A stretch of DNA of 62,554 nt, filler included, from Basidiobolus ranarum (lineage: Eukaryota), in NCBI GenBank assembly GCA_040143965.1. It is 34 parts of 34 records of this genome, joined end to end, with 100 filler letters (N's around TTAATTAATTAA, not from the genome) between each part and the next. Parts side by side here need not be neighbours in the genome. Positions count along the whole stretch, not along the records: positions 51,637 to 53,374 come from JASJQH010011316.1; positions 53,475 to 55,212 come from JASJQH010011317.1; positions 55,313 to 57,048 come from JASJQH010011318.1; positions 57,149 to 58,884 come from JASJQH010011319.1; positions 58,985 to 60,719 come from JASJQH010011320.1; positions 60,820 to 62,554 come from JASJQH010011321.1; 28 more parts are not named here. One strand, written 5' to 3'. Positions 51,947 through 62,554 of the stretch are shown piece after piece. Within the stretch, counting starts at the first letter, position 1; each line of letters begins with the position of its first letter. The notes below the pieces were generated by a model. The model worked only from the letters and a program-made list of their open reading frames with translations. It did not search any database and had not been told where the DNA came from. The position numbers were made by a program, and so were the translations under genes.

Positions 51947-52161
51947 TGTTGAAGTATTTCGCAGTTGTTGCAGAAATAGAGAATATTGTTTTCACTTACT
52001 GATTTACTGAGTGCAAATTGCTATTTGTACTTAAAGTTGGTGTCTATATTCTAGGTAAATTCCTCTTGAGAATAATAGATGTTACCTTAGCTCAATATAG
52101 GATAACTAAATACTATGATATATATGACTATATGGGTTTTTAGGCAATGCTAATTTCAACA
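51947..52161 (-). mobile_element. Degenerate, internally deleted family A LTR
   Basis: TGTTGAAGTATT...TTTTCACTTACTGATT...GCAATGCTAATTTCAACA. Confidence 0.7.
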
Positions 52162-54239
52162 TTGCCTAGCATATCTCACATGGATACTAAATAGATGTCA
52201 AAATGCACAACTAGCTAATACTTGACTGAATAATATTAATCACATAAGATGTAATCTTAACTAGAGTTAGATATCTGGGTATATTGATACCATATATGTA
52301 ATGATCGGAAATACTGTTTGATTACAGATTTACATAAATGAGATGCTTATACTCAGCGAGTATCAAGAAAACAGTATTCTGACTTGTCAGCAGTCAAATT
52401 TCAATAAGCCTAGCAAACTTGATGCTTTTGAGATATGCCTAAGGGGCGATTGAATATATTTGTGACCATAAAAGAAGCTTGAAGCTTACTAACAGGGTAT
52501 TACTAATTTATCAAAAAAAAACTAATTTCAAAGTGCCTGGTAGCAGAAATAGACCAGTACATTAATGGTCAGCACATATACTATATTTAATACATAATAA
52601 ATGACTTGGTTGGCCTGAGTATCCTAGCAAAGATGGAAGTTTACATAAGCAGTTACCAGAAATATCAAAATCCAAGGATAAACAACTAAATAGTTGTAAA
52701 AGCAGAGTAGGAATAGCAAATTTAACATATTAGCGCACACTTGAACACTACAATTCTCAAAAAAGAATTGAAGCCATACTAAAGTGTTACTTACAGAGTC
52801 AACTGAATCATATTTTTAGCATATGTGAGTCATACGACCGGAAATAATAACAAAACATATCAAAGCTGTTAAGAAAAAACAAAGTTTTTGCATTCATAAG
52901 TTTTCATTGATTTGTTACTTCTGTATCATTTCAGAAAAAGAGTATCATGATAGGTTTCTGCATGTATAACGTATATAAATAACAACACATGATCAACTCA
53001 CAAAGCTGCTCATCCAAATATGTGTAAATATTTCTGGCATCTCAACCAACACCGCAACCCAGACCAACCGGACGCTAACAGTTGTATTGGAAGCTTTAAC
53101 TTGGCACCTACAAGCACCGATACTGAATTGAATCAATTTCTGTTTCTTACGTAACCACATCCACCATTGTCACCATTGTCACTATCATCACAACCTGAGC
53201 AGCAATTTTTAACGCTTAGGGTTAATGTGGTATTTTCGCCACCGTAGTCAGTGCTAGAACTGTCAACTAGATTCTTCAAATGGCTATCTATGCAGTTCTC
53301 CTCGGTATTATACATCACCCATAGTACTAACATTTTATCAGTTACTAACCTAGAATATTGATGTCATAGTTTCTNNNNNNNNNNNNNNNNNNNNNNNNNN
53401 NNNNNNNNNNNNNNNNNNTTAATTAATTAANNNNNNNNNNNNNNNNNNNNNNNNNNNNNNNNNNNNNNNNNNNNCTGGTTCGTAAGAGCAGCACTGAAAG
53501 TACTTATCCCGATACTTGAGTATTAAATCTTTATAGGCTCTTGATTCTGTCGAAGCTTTCTGTTTGCTTGGCTTGTAGTTATTGAAGAGTGACACAAAGA
53601 CTTCTTTAAAAAAGTCAATATTAATGAAATATTCCGAAAGAAATTCAGAATTATGTTCCAGTTCATGAGTAAAGATGTACTACAAAAAGGAAAACATATG
53701 TGACATAAGGGTATGAACGTTAGCTACAAGTGACATAGGTTGTGAAAAATATTGTAACTTCCACCCATCACCAGCGATTGAGCTTTTGACTGCTATAATC
53801 TTTAGAGGTAGTTCCATAGAGAGAAGAAGAGAAAAAGTGAATTGACCTTTTTTTCAGCTTACGGATAGAGAATTTTGTCAAGCATATACTCTCAAAAAAA
53901 ACTGATGAGTTACGGCAATGAATTAGCCAATTTGTCTACAATTCGTTTGTTCACTTATATCATAGTAGGTGCAAGATGGTGGCTTAGGCACAAGAATGGA
54001 TGCTAACATGAGAGTGTAGTGGGTATATAATCAGACCAGACTCTTTCTCCAAACTCATTCACTTTGAGGAAATAAACACAAACTCTTTACGATGAATAAT
54101 ATCTAAAAATCCACCATCTACTTCGATTTTCTCTCTCTTCTCTGAACTATAGTATAATCCTCACCTACTGTGAAACTTTAATAATATTTCAATCTAGCCA
54201 TATCCTACTCTTTTTCTACACCATTAATTTAAATGAACA

Positions 54240-54690
54240 AGAAAACTTCTCTAATTGGGTACCTTATGAAATAAATATCAAGCACAAAGCCAATATCTTT
54301 GTATCTACAACAAAAACGCTGATAGCGGGATTAGTCCTGCAGATTCTGAAGTAACTCAAGACTTCGAGAAAGATTTCCAAGCCAAAAGTATACCTTACGA
54401 AAGCATAGCATTCCCTTACTATGGATCAGTTATTGGACTTTTTGCTGCTGCAGGAATTCCTTCCTGTGGCTCAATATCAGGCGCATTGAGGATCAAAACA
54501 GAAGTTCAAGTTAAAATCTTTGGTGGAACTGCAGGCAAGTCGTTGGATGAATGTTTTCACTTTATCTGTGATACCACCAAAAATCTTAATGCCTAGGCTT
54601 TCTTGATTAACTCCAGTAGTATTGCCGATGCTGTGTCTCGGTACTCACAAGTATCAGCAGTAGTGAAAGCAAATGGTCGTCATTAACTTG
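54240..54690 (+). pseudogene. M28 aminopeptidase (aminopeptidase Y/LAP-like) C-terminal remnant
   Basis: AAGIPSCGSISGALRIKTEVQVKIFGGTAGKSLDECFHFICDTTKNLNA*AF fits the M28 GIPAGG..TGAE.IKT......FGG.AG..YD.CYH..CDT..NLN pattern. It has an in-frame stop and a frameshift. Confidence 0.8.
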
Positions 54691-55312
54691 CTACCTTTTG
54701 CTTATTACCTCTGGAATATGTGAATTATGACTAAATCAACTATTTAATGCATCACATGGCAATAGATACAAACACATTCCATTTTCAATCAAACATTACT
54801 TCAATGAATGCATCCCAAGTATAATAATACTCTAGTTATATGCTATATCTCATTTCTCATACATCTATATCCAATTCTCGATACTGTTTTAGATTAAAGC
54901 AGTAATCTCCAGGTGGGCAGGTGAAAAAGCTACCAGGCTAAAGAAATCAATGAGTATAAAAGAAGGAAGGGCAATTTTACACAGACACAGGTACTCAGTC
55001 TACTTGTAATCTCATTTTAGTATGTTTGTCTTTCAAGAAAATCGGCTTTGTAGAATTACAAGAGCGATGGATTTTAGTATTAGAGTTTTCCTGTGAGTTT
55101 GTATTTGTTGGAGGATCTTGACATAATGGGGTAGACTTTGAGTATTAGAAGCAACTTATGATAGTGTGTTTTAGTTAGTTTATTCTTAAGAGTATATGGT
55201 GACTTATATAGTNNNNNNNNNNNNNNNNNNNNNNNNNNNNNNNNNNNNNNNNNNNNTTAATTAATTAANNNNNNNNNNNNNNNNNNNNNNNNNNNNNNNN
55301 NNNNNNNNNNNN

Positions 55313-55427
55313 CCATCAAAATCCCTGGCAGAATGCAAGCCAATGATATTGTGACGGTTCTCTGACGGTTTTGCTATTTTGGAGGGTGGATCCGATCCGG
55401 ATCAAATCGATTTTATTTTTACTAGGG
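55313..55427 (+). mobile_element. CACTA right terminus inserted in a copia RT
   Basis: Ends GGATCCGATCCGGATCAAATCGATTTTATTTTTACTAGGG, then FKMTNIGE. Confidence 0.88.
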
Positions 55428-56472
55428 TTCAAGATGACCAATATAGGAGAACTTCTGTGTTTTTTGGGGCTGCAGATCCATACAGATATATTGAGCAAAT
55501 CTATTACTCTGAATCAATCTAAATACATCTCAGACACTCTCATATATTACAGGATGGACAGTTGTAAGTCAGTAGCAACTCCCATTGATCCAGGTGTGCA
55601 ACTTGTTAAAAGCCCATCAAATATGATAAAAATTGCCAAATATATCTTAAAATATGTCATTTGAAAGCCCTGAGTTCCCTTATCAGGGTATGGTAGGTAG
55701 ATTGATTTAGGCTATGACTAGAACCGGATCAGATATCTCTTTTGCAATGGGAGTAGTTAGCCAACATGTGCAAAACTCAGGACCTGAGCATCATGCAGTA
55801 GTTAAACAATTCAACCACTTGGGCATTTTTCAAAGTTCACTCACCATAATTGTCAAGGATAATCAAAGTAGTATTTCTTTAGCTAAAAACCCCAAATTTA
55901 TGCTAGAAGTAAGTGCATTGACATTCAACAACACTTTGTCAGGGAAGCTATTGAGAATAAGCACATCCAAATACGGTACTATCTAACTGGGACATGATTG
56001 CTGATATCCTTACCAAACCATTACCCAAGACAAAATTTGAAGAATTAAGATTTAAGTTATGTTTAAGATATATGAATATTTAGTTGAGTGGGAGTGTTGA
56101 AGTATAATGTCTTTATCATATTTGTTATCTATATCTTTATACACCTGACTACTTCATATATCATATATAAGTTAGTTAAGATTACTTAGTTAAATAATAC
56201 CTCACTGCATATTGTAACATATACTTTTTATATTTGTGAATAGTGTGAGAATTAGCAATTTCATATTGAAAATTTCAAACTTGTCCAAAGTGCCCCAAAG
56301 ATTGCTCAATATAGTCCCACAGTTGTTCTGAGCACAACCCCAATTTTAGTTTTCTGTATTTCCACCAAAATGTATAAATGATTCATTTTGCATAATAAAT
56401 TACTATGTCACAAAAGCTGTTCATGACTTCACCTTTCTAAGGTTCCTCCAAACAGCCCATATTTTCTCAATA
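55428..56472 (+). mobile_element. Copia family B 3' end: RT/RNase H remnant, polypurine tract, 3' LTR (56095-56472)
   Basis: FLGLQI, DNQSSI and MIADILTKPL; TTGAGTGGGAG precedes TGTTGAAG; the LTR matches 21541-21917. Confidence 0.92.
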
Positions 56473-56970
56473 GGATCCATTTTTTTTCTTAACAAATCAG
56501 ATTGGAGAGCCTATTGCGGACTATCAATATTGGATACATCCTTTCTCCCGATTTTCTGCAATGTGCACTTTCAGAATGTTGAGTTCTGGCTGGGTCAGCA
56601 TATAGACAGGCCCAAATGGTGGTTTTTGTCATTCTAGTAGATCTATAAGGCAATCGTATGGGTGGTGAGCTGGAAGTATTTCAGATTTCTTCCTGTCAAA
56701 GACATCAGCAAAGGCTAAGTATATGAATGGGAACTGATGAACCATTAGTTTGGTTTTTTTCAGCCCTCAGCAATGCTGTCAATGGATATTGGCTTCACAG
56801 GTGATTTGAGGATTTGGGCCAATGATGACCTGAATACTTTGCAGTTGGCAAATACGGATAATGAGGTGGAGTTTGCTTGACTATAATGACCCTCATCTTC
56901 TAGCTGATCACTGGGTTGCACTGCACAAGCCATGAGATACCAAGGATGACAGGATGGTGAGAGGAAGAAA
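56473..56970 (-). mobile_element. Ty3/gypsy protease end and RT start remnant, interrupted by copia B
   Basis: Minus strand: HPVILGISWL..NPVI, FADVFD..KSEILPAHHPYDCLIDL, PPFGPVY.L...EL, FVKKKNGS. Confidence 0.88.
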
Positions 56971-57382
56971 TGATATGTATTGGAGCTATAAGTACGATTG
57001 CCTCCCTATTATCTACAGAGCTAGATAATAATGAATCGATCTCGAAAGNNNNNNNNNNNNNNNNNNNNNNNNNNNNNNNNNNNNNNNNNNNNTTAATTAA
57101 TTAANNNNNNNNNNNNNNNNNNNNNNNNNNNNNNNNNNNNNNNNNNNNTATAGCCCCTATGTTCTAAATAGGAATATCTCTATATCTATATAACAAGTAT
57201 GTCTTATTACCCCCACTAATTGATTATATCTTATTACACAAACTCCTCAATATCTCAAACAATTGATTTACTTTCTACTATACAAGTCCCATATACTCTT
57301 AAGAATAAAGTTACTAAATACACTATCATAAGTTGCTTCTAATACTCAAAGTCTACCCCCATTATGTCAAGATCCTCCAACA

Positions 57383-57950
57383 GTTATTCCAGTAATGATG
57401 GCAGTATATTGGAAGAAGAAGAAGATGATTGTTTTGTTATGGACTCTTTGTTATTGGTGAACATTAGTTCACTCATAACACTTAGAGTAAAGAAAGCAGA
57501 TTTCATTATTGAGTAGTGAAGAGTGCAATCCAATCTTATCAACCTGGTGTTGACTAGTTTTCTCACACTTTTACCACACTCAATAGGCAACTGTTGCTTG
57601 CCACAGACCTGGTACAAGTGGAAGCCACTTGTCAACTGCATGATTCTAATCTTTCAGTAATTAAACTATTTTCATATTCAAATAGTTTTTAGCCTTAACC
57701 ATTGACCCAAAAACCTTGAAGTCATTTATTAATTGCAAACAATTGGCAATCACTGAAGCAGTTATATTGTTGCTTATATTAGGCATACATACCATTCCTT
57801 CTTTGTCTTACAGTCTTGATGAAAATGCCCAAATACAGATTATTGATCCCATACCAAAATACTCACCATAATATGATGGTATTAAAGAAATACCTGATGG
57901 ATAGCACTACCAGAATCTGAAAAGTGAAGGTTTCTTTGACAACATACATA
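57383..57950 (+). mobile_element. CACTA transposase N-terminal fragment between two LTRs
   Basis: Homologous to 22920-23490. Confidence 0.8.
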
Positions 57951-58768
57951 TGTTAAAGTTTTTGGGAGCCTTTTGGAAGTGGTTTGGAGAATTAGAGGAA
58001 TTGGTGGTTTTCACTTATTGATTTATTGAGTATTCAGTTGACATTTAAAGTTTTATCAAGATATAAGCAAACTAATGTGTAGAATGTGTTAAGGAAGGTC
58101 CCAGGGACATGTGTGCAAAGTTTGGGGCTTCTAGCACAAGTTTGAAAAGTCTATATATATAAGAACTTCTAAGTTGGTAAGAATATTCAAAGTAATTTCC
58201 AATTTAGAATAATCAATAGTATCTTTGTGAATTATAAGATATCTAAGTACTAAGCTATATATGACTATATAGGTGCTTAGGCAAAGCTACTTCCAATTCT
58301 CTCCCTCAACTAAATAGTCATATAAACTAATCCTAATAGAGGTCTAAATTTTTCAAATTTCTGTCTAGCTCACGGTTTGGTTAATATATCAGCAATCATA
58401 TCTTCTGTAGAACAATAAGTTAAGTCAATAACTTTATTCTCTATAGTCTCTCTAATGAAGTGATGCTTAATGTCTATATGTTTGCTTCTATTAAGAAATT
58501 TGTGATTTTTAGCTTAATTGATACAAGTATGATTATCTTGAAATATTTTCCTTGGTGAATTTAGAAAATAACCCAAATCTGTTAAGAGTTTTCTTAACCA
58601 TATTGCTTCTTTTGTTGCTTCTCTGGTAGCCATGTTTTCAGCTTCTGTTGTTGAAAGTGCTATGGTAGGTTGTTTCTTTGAATTCCAAGAAATAGCTCCA
58701 TTACAGCAAAGAAATAAGTATCCTGATGTAGATCTCCTGTCTTCAATACTTCCTCCCCAATTTGCACC
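57951..58768 (-). mobile_element. Copia family A 3' LTR (57951 to ~58296), polypurine tract and RNase H
   Basis: GAISWNSKKQPTIALSTTEAE, KHIDIKHHFIRE and EDMIADILTK; GTTGAGGGAG tract. Confidence 0.92.
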
Positions 58769-58779
58769 TTAACATGTAG

Positions 58780-58867
58780 ATGCTCATTTCAATGCTGATC
58801 AACTTGCAGTTGCCATTCAAGATTTTTTGATTTGTTTCGAGATGATATTTGCCGCCATCGGCCACTG
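58780..58867 (+). CDS. Exon of an organic solute transporter OST-alpha/TMEM184 family gene
   Basis: TAG acceptor and GTGAGA donor flank AHFNADQLAVAIQDFLICFEMIFAAIGH, which matches the family QDFLICIEM..AA..H motif. Confidence 0.75.
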
Positions 58868-59540
58868 GTGAGAATTTGGTTTATNNNNNNNNNNNNNNNN
58901 NNNNNNNNNNNNNNNNNNNNNNNNNNNNTTAATTAATTAANNNNNNNNNNNNNNNNNNNNNNNNNNNNNNNNNNNNNNNNNNNNACTATAAATGTCAACT
59001 TTCTACTCAATAAATCAATAAGTGAAAACCACCAATTCCTCTAATTCTCCAAACCACTTCCAACAGGCTCCCAAATACTTTAACATAAAATATGTTGAGA
59101 AAGGTCCCAGGAACATGTGTGCAAAGTTTGGGGCTTCCAGCACAAGTTTGAAAAATCTATATATCTCAGAACTTCTAAGTTGGTAAAAATATTCCAAGTA
59201 AATTCCGATTGAGAATAATTGATAATATCTTAGTGACTTGTTAGAACAAACATTACCCTATGTTATCACATTTAATATTATCTGTCAAGTGGTCAGCACC
59301 ATTCCGCTGAATAGAACTGACCCTCAGGCTCATATCATTTGCTTGTATTCTTCAACTATGTCAAAAATATTTCACTTTTTTTTCACCAATATTGGGTAAA
59401 TTGTGAAAACGTTAGAGAAAAGCATTACTTCAGGAGTTAATCTCCAATCATTAATTCCTAACAAACTGTATTTATTTAATATGTATAAAAAACTTCATTA
59501 TAAACACCCACCTATTATTATTTGATTTGGAGAGATTCAA

Positions 59541-59972
59541 TTAGTATTGGCACACAAAATTTATATGGGCCATGCAGTGACAATGACTAAAACCATAATA
59601 CTGAAAGTTCAGATCTTTAATACATAGTATTTGAAAAATACTCAAAAATGTACAATTTTGATGAGAAAAACATGTTGAGCTCCAAACTACTGCACTAATG
59701 ATAATAAGTATAAATATATGTAATATCACCAAGAGTAGTGGAATCACCTGCATAATATCAAAGACCACTATTTATGCTCTTCGATTGAATGATAAATATA
59801 AAGTAGTCACATGAAGCAAATGCAGAAATATTGTCATTTGAAAAATAAATGCAAAAAAAGGTGAATCCATTATGGGTGCTAGTGTAGTTATTTGTACTAT
59901 TATCATGAATATACTAACGCATAGAAAATACCTATATGGTACATCAATCCCTAGACTGGAGATAAGCCTCAC
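59541..59972 (-). pseudogene. Possible decayed multi-pass membrane protein
   Basis: Two hydrophobic ORFs in the same frame separated by one stop. No family recognised. Confidence 0.25.
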
Positions 59973-60363
59973 CTTCCTCTTTATCTCTCACCTCAATAGT
60001 ATCTTTACCACCGAAAACATGGTCCTCAAATCAAGCTAGCAAGGTTTGGATTCTCTAACTTTATGATCATTAGTTAACATTTGCAGCTAAGTTTTCTTTA
60101 CTTTGCCACGAAACCAAGATTCCATCTGTTGTGACTGTCTTAACTCTTTGGGAACATTGGAAAGTAAAGTGTTTTCCATCAATACGGTATATTGGTAAGT
60201 TGAACTAGATATACTTGCGGAATAATGTATTTCCCAACCAATACTTCTACGCATTCCATATATTGAGATTGTTCTTTTTTGGATTATCTTATTTTGAAGT
60301 TGATGATATAAAAGTGGTTAGAGTTAGGGCAGATTTTATAACATAAAAGTAGGAGGTTTTCCT

Positions 60364-60719
60364 ATGAGAGATCCTCAGAGTATGTCAGCTAATAATGCAA
60401 TTTCAAATGAAGCACCGGCGGCGGTGATGATACCTGTAGCAAACGAAACTGAAGCACCGGCGGCGGTGATGGTACCTGTAGCAAACGAAACTGAAGCACC
60501 GGCGGCGGTGATGGCACCTGTAGCAAACGAAACTGAAGCACCGGCGGCTGACACGATACCCATAACAAAAGAAATTATTAAAACTCTTGGTTTACGCCTT
60601 TCGCACAGTCGTCAAGCATGTCTTGCTTGTCCCAATGCCATTCCGCACCAGAGCTCATTCTCACAGCAGGATGTACCTGATCTCCGTCAACAGAAGGTGG
60701 TTGATGGGGATCATCTGAC
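60364..60719 (+). CDS. Hypothetical protein N-terminus with 14-aa repeats (EAPAAVMxPVANET), 3' truncated
   Basis: 42-bp units start at 60409, 60451, 60493 and 60535 (partial). The frame is open to the contig end and CpG is retained. Confidence 0.5.
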
Positions 60720-60819
60720 NNNNNNNNNNNNNNNNNNNNNNNNNNNNNNNNNNNNNNNNNNNNTTAATTAATTAANNNNNNNNNNNNNNNNNNNNNNNNN
60801 NNNNNNNNNNNNNNNNNNN

Positions 60820-61410
60820 CATTTGTTGACTGCAAGTTGGGGATATATTGGCTAAATTCTTTACGGAAATTTGCCAAAATCCAAGAGCTTATTCTCATTG
60901 TGAATGGTAACAAGAGTCAGCTATTTGCCATGTGTCAGTGCTATTCAAAATTTCAGATGTTTAGCAATTTTTCCACCATTAGTTTGTTGGTAAAGCATAT
61001 TAAGGTTGTTGAGTTATGTCTAATCAGTCAAATATGTGCATATGTAGAGACCAAACACAACAAGATTCTTGTATGTTTTGATTCTCACTATGGCTGGAAT
61101 ACAAAGCCTAAAATATCTAAATAAAGGCATGCATGTTAATTCAAATTTCTACAGCAGTAAACTCAGTAATTTGCCATTCAAAAATTGTATTTTTGCAAAA
61201 ATTGCTGGTTATTGAATAATGCATGCCAAATTTGAGGATCAATATTTTAACATTTATGAATACCATTAAGATACTGTCAAGAAACTGCCATCACACCATC
61301 AAAATCCCTGGCAGAATGCAAGCCAGCAATATTGTGACAGTTCTCTGATGGTTTTGCTATTTTGGAGGGTGGATCCAATCCGGATCAAATCGATTTTGTT
61401 TTTGTTAGGG
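60820..61410 (+). mobile_element. CACTA transposase C-terminus and right terminus, inserted in copia RNase H (61411-61570)
   Basis: ...NTKPKISK* then ~285 bp to TTTGTTAGGG; followed by AIS*NS.KQPIVALSTTETEYMAA. Confidence 0.9.
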
Positions 61411-62002
61411 GAGCTATTTCTTAGAATTCAATTAAACAACCTATTGTGGCACTTTCAACAACAGAAACAGAGTACATGGCTGCCTGTGAAGCAACAAAAG
61501 AAGCAATATGGTCAAGAAAACTGTTAATAGATTTAGGTTATTCTAAAAATTCACTAACTAAAATATTTTGCCACAGTAAATGCCCTATTTGGTACAATAT
61601 CAGTTGTTGTTGATCAAAGAAGCCTTAGTACTTGATACGGATCAAAGGATGTTGATACCAGCATATTCTTTTTACATTGCACCAATCATTTCTTCAACAG
61701 GAAGTTGGACATTGCATTTTATTATCATTCCTAGAGAAACTTGCGGTTGTAAAACAAACGTAACTCAAATTTTATGCATTTACCAATTGAACACTAATTT
61801 GCCATCTTCAAAATCCATAGTCTCTTTGATATATTCTTCTGAATATTTTTATAGAGTTCTTCATACCCAAAGTTTAGCTCATACCCAACATGAGTTTCTA
61901 GCAGTATCTTCATCAAAGGCCACCATTGTATTAACATTGCTGAATCATCATTCTTCCAGCTATATGGTGGATACCCTACAATATTTTGCCACTCTATATT
62001 AA

Positions 62003-62554
62003 CCCTAGAAAAATAAAATCAATTTGATCCAGATTGGATCCATGCTCCAAAATAGAAAAACCATTGCAGAACCATCAAAATATTGTTGGCTTGCATTCTG
62101 CCTGGGATTTTTATGGTGCGATGGTGGTTTCTTGACCATATCTTAATGGTATTCATTCATGTTAAAATATTGATCCTCAAATTTGGCATGCATTATTCAA
62201 TATCCAGCAATTTTTGCAAAAATATAATTTTCAAATGGCAAATTACTGGGTTTACTGCTGCAGGAATTTGAATTAATATGCATGCCTTTATTTAGATATC
62301 TTAGGCTTTGTAATCCCGCCATAAGGAGAATCAAAAAATACAAGAATCTTGTTGTGTTCAGTCTCTACATATGCATATATTTGACTGATTAGACATAACT
62401 CATCAATATCAATATGCTTTACCAGCAAACTAATGGTGGAAAAATTGCTAAACATCTGAAATTTTGTATAGCACTGACACTTGGCAAATAGCTTACTCTT
62501 GTTACCGTTCACAATGAGAATGAGCTCTTGGATTTTGGCAAATTTCTGTAAAGA
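62003..62554 (-). mobile_element. CACTA right terminus and transposase C-terminus, nested in the second ORF of another copy (61760-62002)
   Basis: CCCTAGAAAAATAAAATC at 62003; reverse-complement match to 60880-61410. Confidence 0.88.

Noticed and set aside
61999-62010. TTAA|CCCT suggesting piggyBac
   Set aside because: Only one of ten termini has a TTAA flank, and the transposase motifs are CMC-type.

Overview
This is not contiguous DNA. It is 34 short contigs (about 1,735-1,751 bp, in decreasing size order) joined by an artificial 100-bp spacer (44 N + TTAATTAATTAA + 44 N), so adjacency is meaningful only within a contig. The source is an AT-rich eukaryote with short GT-AG introns; by inference it is an early-diverging fungus. 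Most of the sequence is nested, decayed, CpG-depleted transposon DNA: at least four Ty1/copia LTR families (two primed by a half tRNA-iMet, one by the tRNA-iMet 3' end), one high-copy CACTA/CMC DNA transposon with CCCTA termini and apparently two divergent genes, a Helitron with an internal ~124-bp array, a Ty3/gypsy fragment, and LINE-like remnants ending in telomere-type CCTAACCCTAA. Host genes retain CpG. They include a spliced START-domain gene, a head-to-head pair of animal-type glutamate dehydrogenase genes with a gene-conversion-like identity step, a secreted bacterial-type CHAP peptidoglycan hydrolase (candidate horizontal transfer), a probable mitochondrial membrane protein, an OST-alpha exon, M28 and SDR pseudogenes, and an atypical tRNA-like sequence. 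Family calls come from motif recognition by eye; no database searches were run.
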